Both the position numbers and the translations under genes were made by a program. Below the pieces are notes generated by a model. The model made no database searches and had not been told where the DNA came from. It saw only the letters and a list, made by a program, of their open reading frames with translations. DNA of 64,000 bases from contig JACKGR010000004.1 of assembly GCA_020631895.1 (NCBI GenBank), positions 15,260 through 79,259 on the forward strand, read 5' to 3'. Shown in pieces: positions 1 through 9,286 of this stretch. Each line of letters begins with the position of its first letter. Position 1 is the stretch's first letter. The DNA comes from Candidatus Nomurabacteria bacterium. GTDB lineage: Bacteria > Patescibacteriota > Saccharimonadia > Saccharimonadales > UBA7683.

Positions 1-227
1 TGCCTACGTCCTAGCATTCCAAGCAAATCTTGATACATATGTGCATATGCGGAGTAATTTAATAACTGCAGAGGTATCATTAAAATAAGTGCTATGGCAT
101 TAATTTTGGCAAAATCAGACAGTACGCTACCAACATCTTTGCGAACAAAGTATATAGCAGCTCCAAGCAATACAATTGTTACTGCATTTAAAATTGCCTT
201 CCAGTTTTTTCTGAGAAAATTCTTCAT
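1..227 (-). CDS. Partial CDS (N-terminal ~75 codons, continues past window start): multi-pass membrane protein, flippase-like/UPF0104-type by resemblance only
   Basis: Not in the ORF track because it is open at the window edge. Reverse-strand ATG at 227..225 reads MKNFLRKNWKAILNAVTIVLLGAAIYFVRKDVGSVLSDFAKINAIALILMIPLQLLNYSAYAHMYQDLLGML with no stop down to position 1. Two hydrophobic spans. Confidence 0.4.
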   Translation of the reverse strand, partial: MKNFLRKNWKAILNAVTIVLLGAAIYFVRKDVGSVLSDFAKINAIALILMIPLQLLNYSAYAHMYQDLLGMLGRR

Positions 228-297
228 ATCAATACGAGTTATTATACCTCATATCGAGTCTTGCCCTTAGTGCCCAGATAGAAGATACTATTACTAC

Positions 298-1512
298 ATG
301 CAACTAGCAATTTTAGGACGACAACCGAAGCTATCCATTGCCGAACTTGAGGCATTATTTGGTGAGGACTCGCTTAAGCAAATCGGAAATGATATTTGTC
401 TAATCAACTCAGACACTGAACTACCCCAAAAAAGGTTAGGTGGAACAATTAAGTCAGCAAAAATACTAAGCAGACTGGAGAACTCTGATCTAGAGTCTTG
501 TTTTAAATACCTTGAGCAATCAATCCCTGAACATCTTCACTACCTACCTGAAGGTAAATTACAACTTGGGGTCAGTATTTACGGAGCCAAAGCCCAAAAA
601 AATTGGATATTAAAACGGATGCTAGCACTCAAGAAGATAATCAAAAAACATGGCCGTAGCGTTAGAGTTATTGAGAATAAATCGGAGATTCTCGAGAGCG
701 CTGTTGTTCTATACAACAAACTAACCGGATCACTTGGCTGGGAATTTTTATTAGTTAAAGATGGTAATGACTACATACTAGCGCAGACAACTGGAGTACA
801 AAACGTTGATGACTACTCAAAGCGAGACTTTGACCGCCCAAACCGAGATGCATTTAACGGCATGCTGCCTCCAAAGTTAGCCCAAATTATGATTAATCTG
901 GCAGTTGGAAGTTCGCAACATCAAAACGCCCCTAATTCCCCCGATATTTTAGATCCATTCTGCGGTTCTGGTGTAGTTTTACAAGAAGCACTACTTATGG
1001 GTTATAAAGCACACGGATCTGATATAAACCAAAAAATGGTTGATTACACAATCGAAAATCTTAACTGGCTGTCTGAAAATTTTCAAATTTCTAATTCTAA
1101 ATTTCAAATTGAACAAGCAGATGCTACCTCCTACCAATGGACACCAAATCCCAAATATATAGTCTGTGAGACTTTTCTTGGCAAGCCTCTCACATCACTA
1201 CCACCTTCAAATGAATTGAATCAGATTATAAACGAGGCAAACACTGTTGCTGAAAGATTTTTAAAAAATATATCCAGTCAATTATCTCTGGGCTCCAGAC
1301 TTTGCGTAGCGCTTCCTGCTTGGTACAACGATGTCGAAAATTCCAAATTGAAAATTCCAAATTCCAAATATATTCACCTCAAAATGCTTGACCATTTAAC
1401 AGATATGGGGTACACTCGTATAGATTTAAAACATGCTTCAAACGAGGATCTAATCTATCATAGACCAGATCAAATTGTAGCTAGAGAATTAGTAATACTG
1501 GAGAAGAAGTAA
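298..1512 (+). CDS. SAM-dependent methyltransferase, UPF0020/Trm11-like putative RNA methylase
   Basis: 404-aa ORF with ATG start. SAM motif I DPFCGSGVVLQEALLMGY. Ends 4 nt before rpmA. No canonical (D/N)PPY motif seen, so the substrate is unclear. Confidence 0.6.
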   Translation: MQLAILGRQPKLSIAELEALFGEDSLKQIGNDICLINSDTELPQKRLGGTIKSAKILSRLENSDLESCFKYLEQSIPEHLHYLPEGKLQLGVSIYGAKAQKNWILKRMLALKKIIKKHGRSVRVIENKSEILESAVVLYNKLTGSLGWEFLLVKDGNDYILAQTTGVQNVDDYSKRDFDRPNRDAFNGMLPPKLAQIMINLAVGSSQHQNAPNSPDILDPFCGSGVVLQEALLMGYKAHGSDINQKMVDYTIENLNWLSENFQISNSKFQIEQADATSYQWTPNPKYIVCETFLGKPLTSLPPSNELNQIINEANTVAERFLKNISSQLSLGSRLCVALPAWYNDVENSKLKIPNSKYIHLKMLDHLTDMGYTRIDLKHASNEDLIYHRPDQIVARELVILEKK

Positions 1513-1516
1513 ATAT

Positions 1517-1789
1517 ATGTCACATGTAAAAGCCGGCGGTACAAGTAAAAACCTCAAAGACTCCCAAGGTCAACGTCTTGGAGTGAAGCGTTTTGGTGGC
1601 CAAGCAGTTCGTGAGGGTGAAGTTATTGTAAGACAAGTCGGTGCCTCAAAAAGAGCTGGCGAAGGTACTTTTATTAGCAAAAACTTTACAATTCATGCAG
1701 CAAAAGATGGTATTGTTGGATTCGAAAAGCGAAAAGTAAGAACATTCACCGGTCGCTCAGTCCCCCGCGTCGAAGTAACCGTTAAATAA
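1517..1789 (+). CDS. rpmA: 50S ribosomal protein bL27
   Basis: 90 aa. N-terminus SHVKAGGTSKNLKDSQGQRLGVKRFGGQ is the bL27 signature. Confidence 0.95.
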   Translation: MSHVKAGGTSKNLKDSQGQRLGVKRFGGQAVREGEVIVRQVGASKRAGEGTFISKNFTIHAAKDGIVGFEKRKVRTFTGRSVPRVEVTVK

Positions 1790-1822
1790 TAATATTGGTT
1801 GTTAAAATAAATACTAAGATGT

Positions 1823-2053
1823 TTAATCTTTTGTCTTAGTGAGATCTAACTCTTCCCAACCACCATTTTGAGTTAATTGCGTTCTTTTACCTCTGTTATA
1901 TATCGATAGCACAGCACTACCAATAACTGCCAATCCAACCGCCATCACTCCCATAATTAGTTCTTTTGAGTGAATTCTATTCCGATTTATCCCAAGCTCG
2001 GGATTACTTAGTGTGCTCAAGATGTTGCCTAATCTTTGCGATAACATCAGCAA
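1823..2053 (-). CDS. Hypothetical small single-pass membrane protein (uncertain; may start at internal ATG 1954)
   Basis: 76-aa ORF with one hydrophobic span (GVMAVGLAVIGSAVLSIY). Overlaps the 3' end of the receiver gene by 50 nt. AGGTGG-like SD upstream of 2053. No homology recognised. Confidence 0.25.
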   Translation of the reverse strand: MLMLSQRLGNILSTLSNPELGINRNRIHSKELIMGVMAVGLAVIGSAVLSIYNRGKRTQLTQNGGWEELDLTKTKD

Positions 2054-2384
2054 TTACCACCTGAGATTTAACTAGATAGTCGTCCACTCCAAGACTCTCC
2101 GCTCTCTCTTTGTCCTTAGGCTGACTTAATGCAGTTAACATAATTATTATGACATTGGCTGTTTCTGGAGTGTTTCTCAATATATCCAAAACATCAAAAC
2201 CACTAATCTTTGGCATCATAGCATCAAGCAAGACTAAGTCGGGTTTATATTTTATTGCCTCAGATAAAGCGTCTTCACCGTTTTCTACGTGAGACACATC
2301 AAAACCTTCAGCCTTAAGTCGCATAGTATATATTTCAGCAAGTGAATTGTCGTCTTCAACAAAAAGAATCTTTGGTTTAGCCAT
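2004..2384 (-). CDS. Stand-alone response-regulator receiver domain (CheY-like)
   Basis: 126 aa. ILFVEDD acidic pocket, LVLLDAMMPKISG phospho-acceptor Asp context, LTALSQPKD conserved Lys region. No output domain and no kinase nearby. Its start overlaps the pyrG stop (TAATG). Confidence 0.85.
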   Translation of the reverse strand: MAKPKILFVEDDNSLAEIYTMRLKAEGFDVSHVENGEDALSEAIKYKPDLVLLDAMMPKISGFDVLDILRNTPETANVIIIMLTALSQPKDKERAESLGVDDYLVKSQVVIADVIAKIRQHLEHTK

Positions 2385-4012
2385 TACTGTTTTATAGTAG
2401 CAAGCTTAACGGGCTTTTTCAATGAGTTAATAAATCCTACAAATAGAGGGTGTGGTCGATTAGGTCTAGAGGTAAATTCTGGATGAAATTGACTTGCAAC
2501 AAAAAATCTATGGTCTTTCTTCTCAATTATTTCAGCCAACCCCTTCTCCTCCCAAACTCCCGATACATCCAGACCCTGTTTATTAAGAGCCGGAATATAT
2601 TTACTGTTTAGTTCATACCTATGACGATGCCTCTCGCTAATCATTGTTTGTTTATACAATTTTTTTGCTATACTCCCAGATTTTAAACTACACTTATAAG
2701 CCCCGAGTCGCATTGTTCCTCCGGTTCCCTCTTTGCCAACTTGATCATCCATTGTATTTATAACTGGCTCTGGAGTTCTCGGATCAAATTCTGTAGAATT
2801 TGCATCTTTAATTCCCGTTTGCCTAACCGCTGAAATTGCTGCAACTTGCATTCCAAGACACAAACCTAAGTACGGTAAGTTATTTTTTAAGGCATAGTCA
2901 GCTGCCAAGATTTTACCCTCTATGCCTCGATTACCAAAACCACCTGGTACCACAATCCCGTCAACAGATTTTAAAACCTTGCCAACAGTCCTTGGTGACC
3001 GCTCTAGCCTTTCAGCATCAATCCACTCTATCTGTACGTCTGCTGAATTATCCCAGCCCGCTGCCTTTAAGGCCTCTACTACAGAGAAGTAACTATCCTC
3101 ATTATCAAGATATTTAGCAACCATCCCAACTTTATATAGCTTCTTCTTGGGTGCAATAACGTGATCAACAAAACTTCGCCAGCTTTTGTTTTTTGATTTT
3201 AACAGACCCAGTCCTAGTCTTTTAGTAATATAATCCCCACTACCATTATCCTCAAGTGTTAGTGGTACTTGATAAACAGTATCGGCATTGGGCAGAAGAG
3301 CAATTGCCGCTTTGGGAACACCGCAAAACAAACTTAGTTTATCAATAGTATTGTCAGGCGCTACTTTCTCTGATCTTGCCAAGATCATATCTGGCACTAT
3401 ACCTGTGTTTCTTAAATCTTTAACAGCATTCTGTGCGGGCTTTGTTTTAAACTCTTTGCTTGCACCTAAATATGGGATATATACTACATGAATATACATG
3501 CAATTCTCTCTTCCGTATTTGATACCGAGCTCTCTAATAGCCTCTACAAAGCCCTGCCCCTCTATATCGCCGATTGTACCGCCAATCTCTACTATGTGTA
3601 CGTCAAAGCCCTCAGCTGCCGCCTCAATGTGCTCTTGCATAGCCTTAGTTACATGCGGAATATACTGAACAGTCTTTCCCAAATATTTTCCGGCTCTTTC
3701 ATCTTCGATTACTTGTTTAAGAATTTTGCCACTCATTGTAGAGCTCTTCTGAGTTAATTCTACATCCATAAATCTCTCGTAGTGACCCAGGTCTAGATCA
3801 GTTTCAGCACCGTCAGCAGTTACAAAACACTCGCCGTGCTCAGCTGGATTGAGTGTTCCGGCATCTACATTAAGATACGGATCGAGCTTTTGAATGTTCA
3901 CTTTTAAGCCACGGCTTTTGAGAATATTGCCAACAGATGCTGCTGAAATTCCTTTACCTACACCAGATAATACACCGCCTGTTACAAAGATATATTTTGT
4001 TTTTGATTTCAT
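2384..4012 (-). CDS. pyrG: CTP synthase
   Basis: YIFVTGGVLSGVGKGI N-terminal synthetase motif and C-terminal GATase (GLCLGMQ, HRHRYE). The ORF-track start at 4018 is GTG. ATG at 4012 gives MKSKTKYIFVTGG with an AAAAGGAG SD. Confidence 0.95.
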   Translation of the reverse strand: MKSKTKYIFVTGGVLSGVGKGISAASVGNILKSRGLKVNIQKLDPYLNVDAGTLNPAEHGECFVTADGAETDLDLGHYERFMDVELTQKSSTMSGKILKQVIEDERAGKYLGKTVQYIPHVTKAMQEHIEAAAEGFDVHIVEIGGTIGDIEGQGFVEAIRELGIKYGRENCMYIHVVYIPYLGASKEFKTKPAQNAVKDLRNTGIVPDMILARSEKVAPDNTIDKLSLFCGVPKAAIALLPNADTVYQVPLTLEDNGSGDYITKRLGLGLLKSKNKSWRSFVDHVIAPKKKLYKVGMVAKYLDNEDSYFSVVEALKAAGWDNSADVQIEWIDAERLERSPRTVGKVLKSVDGIVVPGGFGNRGIEGKILAADYALKNNLPYLGLCLGMQVAAISAVRQTGIKDANSTEFDPRTPEPVINTMDDQVGKEGTGGTMRLGAYKCSLKSGSIAKKLYKQTMISERHRHRYELNSKYIPALNKQGLDVSGVWEEKGLAEIIEKKDHRFFVASQFHPEFTSRPNRPHPLFVGFINSLKKPVKLATIKQ

Positions 4013-4149
4013 CAACACTCCTTTTTTGATTCATTAATAAAAAGAAGAAGAGGCCGGTTGTCCGGCCTCTTCTTGTGGCTATCTGGGTCTTTGGTGATGA
4101 TTAGAATGATTTTGTTTTTCAATCCAAAACTAAAACCTTCACTCTTCAC
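4012..4149 (-). CDS. Candidate 45-codon leader ORF of pyrG (speculative)
   Basis: AAGGAGG (4161..4155) lies 5 nt before GTG 4149. Reads MKSEGFSFGLKNKIILIITKDPDSHKKRPDNRPLLLFINESKKEC. Runs through the hairpin at 4042..4074. Stop TGA shares its A with the pyrG ATG (TGATG). Below the ORF-track size cutoff. Confidence 0.25.
   Translation of the reverse strand: MKSEGFSFGLKNKIILIITKDPDSHKKRPDNRPLLLFINESKKEC
4042..4074 (-). terminator. Strong rho-independent terminator/attenuator hairpin between ctpA and pyrG
   Basis: AAGAAGAGGCCGG-(4 nt loop)-CCGGCCTCTTCTT: a 13-bp GC-rich stem followed on the minus strand by CTTTTTATT. Lies only ~30 nt upstream of the pyrG ATG. Confidence 0.7.
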
Positions 4150-4175
4150 CAACACCTCCTTAGATAATGTATGAC

Positions 4176-4204
4176 ATTATGCATAACTACACTGAGTTTT
4201 GCAA
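4176..4204 (-). promoter_or_regulatory. Sigma70-like promoter for the pyrG leader
   Basis: Minus strand TTGCAA (4204..4199) - 17 nt - CATAAT (4181..4176), immediately after the ctpA stop codon. Confidence 0.35.
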
Positions 4205-4205
4205 G

Positions 4206-5432
4206 CTATTTTTTTAGATTACTAAATGCTCGGTCTTTTTGAGGATCACGCCCGTTGTTGAAATCATCTGCAGTTAATTTAACCTCTTCATCTGGCATAA
4301 TGCCCGCTTTATCGATGTTTTTACCCTTAGGGGTGTACCAGCGTGCGACAGTAACTTTTAGCTTGCCACCACTTGGTAAATCAATGAGCTCTTGTACGCT
4401 ACCCTTGCCAAAGGATTTCTCTCCGATTAAAGTGGCGACTCCGTGATCGTGTAGTGCTCCAGCTAGTATCTCACTAGCCGATGCAGATCCACCGTTAATC
4501 AACATCGCTGTTGGAATGCCCTCTAATATTGGATTGTTGCTAGTTCTAAGTGAGTCAGTCGTCTTTCCACCCTCTCGCTCCTCAACTACAACCTTGTTAT
4601 TTAGCCAAATGCCGGCCACTTGTACTGAACTGTCAAGCAAACCGCCTCCGTTATCTCTAACATCGACAACTACGCCTCTAACATTTTGCTTTTTAAAATC
4701 TGTTGCAGCCTGTTTGGCTAGCCCTGCAGTGTCATCACTGAAGCGACTAATCTTTAAATAACCGATTCCATCTACTACCTTACTGGTTACACTTGGAACA
4801 GAAATTTCAGCACGAGTAATAATAATCTCAAGTGGTTTGCCATCCCTAACAAATACTATTTTTACATCCGTTCCTGCCTCACCTCTTATCTTTGTAACAG
4901 CCTCTTCTACCGTCAATTTTGTGGCATCTTCGTCGCCAATTTTTACTATGGCATCGCCAGCTCTAACTCCGGCCTTTTGTGCAGGCGAACCATCAACTGG
5001 TGCTATCACAACAAGCTGTTTATTTTGAATTCCAAGCTCTGCTCCAATACCAGTAAAAGTTCCGTTCAGATCATCCGTAAATTGCTCGGCTTCTTTTTGG
5101 GTAAAATATGTCGTATATGGATCCCCGACTGCGTCTACCAAGCCTTTTTGCAATCCCTCCTCAAGAGTCTTGGTGTCTAATTTGCCATCATACTTTTTTC
5201 TTAAAATATCATATATTTTTTGAGTTTCAGTCAGATCCAAATTTGAGCTTAAAGTCTGATTTCCTTTGTTAGTGTATGGCGAAAAGAAGTAATCACCAAT
5301 AAACTGCGTTCTGGTGCCAACCGTGAATGCTATTAATATAGAAACTAAAAATAATCCTAGTGAAATCTTTTTTGACGACTTAGTTTTAGTGTTCAACTTT
5401 GTCGAAGAATTTTCTGTTTTACTATCATTCAT
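4206..5432 (-). CDS. ctpA: Carboxy-terminal processing protease (S41) with PDZ domain
   Basis: 408 aa. N-terminal TM anchor, PDZ (GDAIVKIGDED), S41 motifs GGSASASEILAGAL and FGKGSVQ. Confidence 0.88.
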   Translation of the reverse strand: MNDSKTENSSTKLNTKTKSSKKISLGLFLVSILIAFTVGTRTQFIGDYFFSPYTNKGNQTLSSNLDLTETQKIYDILRKKYDGKLDTKTLEEGLQKGLVDAVGDPYTTYFTQKEAEQFTDDLNGTFTGIGAELGIQNKQLVVIAPVDGSPAQKAGVRAGDAIVKIGDEDATKLTVEEAVTKIRGEAGTDVKIVFVRDGKPLEIIITRAEISVPSVTSKVVDGIGYLKISRFSDDTAGLAKQAATDFKKQNVRGVVVDVRDNGGGLLDSSVQVAGIWLNNKVVVEEREGGKTTDSLRTSNNPILEGIPTAMLINGGSASASEILAGALHDHGVATLIGEKSFGKGSVQELIDLPSGGKLKVTVARWYTPKGKNIDKAGIMPDEEVKLTADDFNNGRDPQKDRAFSNLKK

Positions 5433-5464
5433 GTACTAAAAATTGTACCATGTGTGTAGTACTT

Positions 5465-6481
5465 ATGGATACATTGATAAAAGTAGAAAAAATTACCTCA
5501 GCCGAATTTAATGGCCTGAAAAAATCACTCATGCCAGTGATAGTTCCGCTTGAACAATCACCAATTTGGGGCAAATTTGATGACAGCAATCCGGGCAGAT
5601 CATTTTTAGGAAGTTATAAATTTACAGATAAAAATGGTCTACTAATTGCGATCGGTAGCGCAACTTTATACAAACAAAAAGGTCGTGACTGGATTTGGTT
5701 TAAGCACGGTCCAATTTTTGCATCTACTCCAAACTCAGAGATTGTCAGTAGTTTGTGCCAAGCTATGAAGCGATATTTCTGTTCCATAGAAGAAGTTAAA
5801 CCGGTATTTATACGCCTTAACATGCCTACAAAGTCACCAGGTTTAAGTTTGCCATTTGAGCATACAATGTATGATCAAACTGTAATTGTTGATTTATCAT
5901 TATCTGAGGATGAGATTCTAGCCGGCATGAGTCAAAGTGGACGTCGTGGAGTCAGATCATCAGCAAAATCAGGTGTATTAATTGAGGAAGTTAGAGACGA
6001 AAGATCAGATTTTTTTAAAAAACACTGCTACCCGATTCTGAAAGAAACCGGCTCTAGGGATGGATTCGGTATTCACCCACTAAGCTTGTACACTTCTATG
6101 CTTGATGAGCTTGGAGATATTGCCAGACTCTACGTTGCCAAAAACGGCTCTAAAGTACTTGCCTGGGCAATTACAACGGAATACAACACACAGGCAATGT
6201 ACTACTACGGCGGTAGCAGTGCAGAGGCTAGAGATACTTTTGCAGCTTACGGGCTTCATTTTGAAATTATTAAGGACATGAAGTCACGAGGTAACAAAAC
6301 CTATGATTTTATGGGGATAGCTGGCAAAAACTTTGAATCACTTAAAAATGTTACTCAGTTTAAGATTAAGTTCAGCAAGAACATTGTTGATGTGCCATTC
6401 ACCTATGACCTGCCACTTCAGCCGGCAAAATATAAGCTTTTATCACTATCAATAAAAGCTAAAAGAAGCTTATTAAAGTGA
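5465..6481 (+). CDS. FemAB-family peptidoglycan cross-bridge aminoacyltransferase (FemX-like)
   Basis: ORF-track start 5399 is TTG and would overlap the ctpA start. ATG 5465 gives MDTLIKVEK. Typical FemAB features: YYYGGSS, FKIKFS near the C-terminus. Confidence 0.75.
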   Translation: MDTLIKVEKITSAEFNGLKKSLMPVIVPLEQSPIWGKFDDSNPGRSFLGSYKFTDKNGLLIAIGSATLYKQKGRDWIWFKHGPIFASTPNSEIVSSLCQAMKRYFCSIEEVKPVFIRLNMPTKSPGLSLPFEHTMYDQTVIVDLSLSEDEILAGMSQSGRRGVRSSAKSGVLIEEVRDERSDFFKKHCYPILKETGSRDGFGIHPLSLYTSMLDELGDIARLYVAKNGSKVLAWAITTEYNTQAMYYYGGSSAEARDTFAAYGLHFEIIKDMKSRGNKTYDFMGIAGKNFESLKNVTQFKIKFSKNIVDVPFTYDLPLQPAKYKLLSLSIKAKRSLLK

Positions 6482-6571
6482 AGTTTGTCATTCATGCGAA
6501 AGCGAGAATTTCTAGACTAAAAAGATACCTGCCTTCGCAGGAATGGCAGGAACGATAATCCTAATCTCTAA

Positions 6572-7684
6572 TTAGAAGTGAATAAACTGAAGGCTACCTA
6601 TGTTAATCCACATTTCGCTATACTCACCACGAACTGAGTAATTATATTGACTGACGTAAATCCTGTTACCGTCTACAGCTTCTACATACATTACATGCCC
6701 GTAATATCCACTCATCGAGACTGCGACGTCACCGACTCTTGGGTTGCCATCGACTGGGATTCCAGCAGCTCGTGCGTTACCTGGCCATTCATTTGCATTA
6801 CCGCGTCCACCCCAATAAGGCATGTTTCGTCCAGATTGATAAACCTTCCATGCCGTATAGCTAACACATTCGCGGTTATACATCCCCCAGCTGTCTACTA
6901 ATGAGTCTTGCGGTGCATTTGCCCAGCGTGAAGGATATCCACCTTTAGATGGGTCTCCAGCAACCGCGCTACCACCAAGACGGCTGTTGGCAGCTCTTTG
7001 CTGAGCCTTTAGGGCAGAAATCTGAGCACTTTGACTCTGAATTTGAGCATCAAATCCAGCTTTGCTCTGATTAACTGCACCAAGCTTTGCACTAGCCTCG
7101 TTATTCTTTTCGTTCAAAGAACCCCTGAGAGACTTCTGCTCATCGAGAATTCTTGAAACCTCTTTCTGCTGAGCATCAAGTTGAATTTTAAGTCTTTCGA
7201 TCTCATCAACAGTTTTTACAATATTCTCTTTTATCCGGTCTCTGTACTCTTGCTTATCAACAAAATCGCTGAGATTTTTAGAACTCGCAATCATCTCTAG
7301 TGGTGAAATATCGCCTTCAATGTACATTGATCGCACGCTAGCAGATAGCATATCCTTCTGCTCTGCAAGCTTCTTCTGTGCAGCTTCAATCTGACCATTA
7401 AGCTCATTTTGGCGAGCAGTATTAATGTCGATTTGTGCCTGGATAGTAGCTATTTGGGTTGCTAGGGCGTTAATCTCGCCCTGAATCCCCTGCGCTTGTA
7501 CAGCAAGCCCACTGGAAATACTTGAGTTTGCATTCTTCTGTCTCTCAATTGCATCAATTTGATCCTGCAGAGCATCAGCTCTTGCAGCAACGGGTGTCAA
7601 AATAGTAGTCAAGACCACAACACCGGCCGCGATGAGCGGAGTCAGTTTAGGAACCTTTTTTACCTGTTGATTGTGGTGGATCAT
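6572..7684 (-). CDS. Secreted coiled-coil + CHAP-domain peptidoglycan hydrolase (PcsB-like)
   Basis: Signal peptide (LTPVAARADA), ~200-aa Q/A/E-rich coiled-coil, C-terminal CHAP with catalytic Cys context NRECVSYTAWKV and His context GHVMYVEAV. Directly downstream of ftsX copy 1. Confidence 0.85.
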   Translation of the reverse strand: MIHHNQQVKKVPKLTPLIAAGVVVLTTILTPVAARADALQDQIDAIERQKNANSSISSGLAVQAQGIQGEINALATQIATIQAQIDINTARQNELNGQIEAAQKKLAEQKDMLSASVRSMYIEGDISPLEMIASSKNLSDFVDKQEYRDRIKENIVKTVDEIERLKIQLDAQQKEVSRILDEQKSLRGSLNEKNNEASAKLGAVNQSKAGFDAQIQSQSAQISALKAQQRAANSRLGGSAVAGDPSKGGYPSRWANAPQDSLVDSWGMYNRECVSYTAWKVYQSGRNMPYWGGRGNANEWPGNARAAGIPVDGNPRVGDVAVSMSGYYGHVMYVEAVDGNRIYVSQYNYSVRGEYSEMWINIGSLQFIHF

Positions 7685-7795
7685 AGTGTTTTTATTTTAT
7701 CATAACCCTTATGCTTATTCCAATTTTTACGAATTGTAACTATATAATACATTATGCTTATGCTTTTGTCAATATCCTATTAGTTTGATATTTAA

Positions 7796-7820
7796 ACCAC
7801 CCAAAAAAATTTTGGGTGGT
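7796..7820 (-). terminator. Rho-independent terminator after ftsX copy 1
   Basis: ACCACCCAAA-(5 nt)-TTTGGGTGGT: a 10-bp stem with a T-rich tail on the minus strand. Confidence 0.6.
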
Positions 7821-7842
7821 TCACTAAATCTATTATTTCGTT

Positions 7843-8802
7843 TTATTTAGAGTGGCTAAATCGGAGGTGTTTTCTGATCGCAAGGTATGCTGAGAATGAG
7901 CCTATTAAAATGCCGATTATTAGTGTGGCTGGTACTATCATCCAAATTAGACTCTGGAACTTTTCGACAGATGGTCGAATTTCCTCAACATAACTTCCTA
8001 GTTTTGGCGCTTGGCCTAGTACTAACAAATAGAAGAATGCGGATGCAAAAATACCGGCTATTGCTCCGTAAATTGAGGCCTCTACCAGGAATGGGCCCCT
8101 GATATACCACTTGCTGGCTCCAATGAGTTGCATTATCTCGATCTCATCTTTACGATTGAATATTGCCATTCTGATAGTGTTTAAGATAACTAGTATTGAA
8201 ATTGCTCCAAATAGTATTGAGGCGATGAAACCTGCGTTTCTAAGGAACTTTGCAATATTCCCCAGCCTATCAACTGCAACTCTTTTTGCGTCATCCTTGT
8301 ATGAATCTTTGTATACTATCTTGGAGTATTTTTTAGCCCTGGTGATTTCCACCACATTTTGCAGTTTGGCAGTATCATATGTTTTCACTTTTATACTGGC
8401 GGGGAATGTGTCATCGTTAGTTTGTGATAACGATTGCAGTTCTTTGATACTATCTTTAATGCTCGCCTCATAAGTTGCCCTGGCCTCCTCTTTGGATACA
8501 TATGTCACCTCTTTTACGCCAAGACTTGTATCGTTTCTAATTTCTGATGAGACTTCATCAATCTGTTCTTTTGAGACATTCGCATTGAAGTAGATCGATA
8601 CATCAATATTATCTGTAAATGACTTTACGGTGCTAGTTAAGGTGTAATTTGCAAATAGAGTTAAGAGGATGCAGGCCAGAGTTATGCCCATAACTACAGT
8701 AGCGGCAACTGACAGCCAAGCGTTTCTGATAAAACTATGCGAGCCAATTACAAATACTCGTCTGGCATTGATCAGCTTTCTTTTAAAGTTTGAGCCTTTC
8801 AT
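7843..8802 (-). CDS. ftsX: Cell-division ABC permease-like protein FtsX, copy 1
   Basis: MKGSNFKRKL start at ATG 8802, 1 nt after the 'ftsE stop. Four TM helices plus an extracellular domain. 19 substitutions over 319 aligned residues versus copy 2. Confidence 0.85.
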   Translation of the reverse strand: MKGSNFKRKLINARRVFVIGSHSFIRNAWLSVAATVVMGITLACILLTLFANYTLTSTVKSFTDNIDVSIYFNANVSKEQIDEVSSEIRNDTSLGVKEVTYVSKEEARATYEASIKDSIKELQSLSQTNDDTFPASIKVKTYDTAKLQNVVEITRAKKYSKIVYKDSYKDDAKRVAVDRLGNIAKFLRNAGFIASILFGAISILVILNTIRMAIFNRKDEIEIMQLIGASKWYIRGPFLVEASIYGAIAGIFASAFFYLLVLGQAPKLGSYVEEIRPSVEKFQSLIWMIVPATLIIGILIGSFSAYLAIRKHLRFSHSK

Positions 8803-8803
8803 G

Positions 8804-9250
8804 CTATTTAGCCCCCGCTTTAACAGATGTATCATTTGATATACGCCCACCATCTATTGTGATAACTCTTCGTTTTAGTTTTTTAACAATATCTTGGTTG
8901 TGAGTTGTCATTAAGACAGTTGTGCCGTGCTGGTTAATCTTCTCAAGTACTGCAACTACATCCCAAGCATGTTTTGGATCTAAGTTACCGGTTGGCTCAT
9001 CGGCAATCAAAATTTTAGGCTGCCTTACAACTGCCCGCGCAATAGCCACTCTTTGCTGCTCTCCACCGGAGAGTTCTTTAGGGAAGTTCTTCTCTTTCCC
9101 ATTTAACCCAACTAGGTCAATCACTCTTGGAACAGTGAAATTAATCTCTTTACTAGTCATGCCAACTATCTCAAGCGCAAAAGCAATATTCTCAAAAACC
9201 GTCCTGTTTGGTAGAAGTTTAAAGTCTTGATAGATTGTACCGATTTTGCG
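8804..9250 (-). pseudogene. ftsE: 5'-truncated ftsE remnant (C-terminal 148 codons; Walker A region missing)
   Basis: Aligns to residues ~79-226 of the full ftsE at 13480..14160 with a single aa difference (N/S). Retains LSGGEQQRVAIARA and Walker B ILIADEPTG but lacks GASGAGKST. Homology stops abruptly at ~9250. The only in-frame start is a TTG. Confidence 0.8.
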
Positions 9251-9286
9251 CAAGTAAACTTTAGCGAAACTAATGGATTTGAGTTT

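Larger units (their letters stand above)
7843..9250. repeat. Direct repeat copy A (1408 bp) of the 'ftsE-ftsX segment
   Basis: Colinear with 12519..13926 (offset 4676 bp). About 87% nt identity in an 80-nt stretch compared by eye. Differences are overwhelmingly synonymous. Confidence 0.9.

Noticed and set aside
1336-1370. Tandem 14-bp repeat (GAAAATTCCAAATT x2 plus a partial third) inside the methyltransferase gene as a phase-variation switch
   Set aside because: There are only two full units. The frame is intact and encodes VENSKLKIPNSKY. There is no homopolymer or long repeat tract typical of contingency loci. It is probably a fossil micro-duplication.
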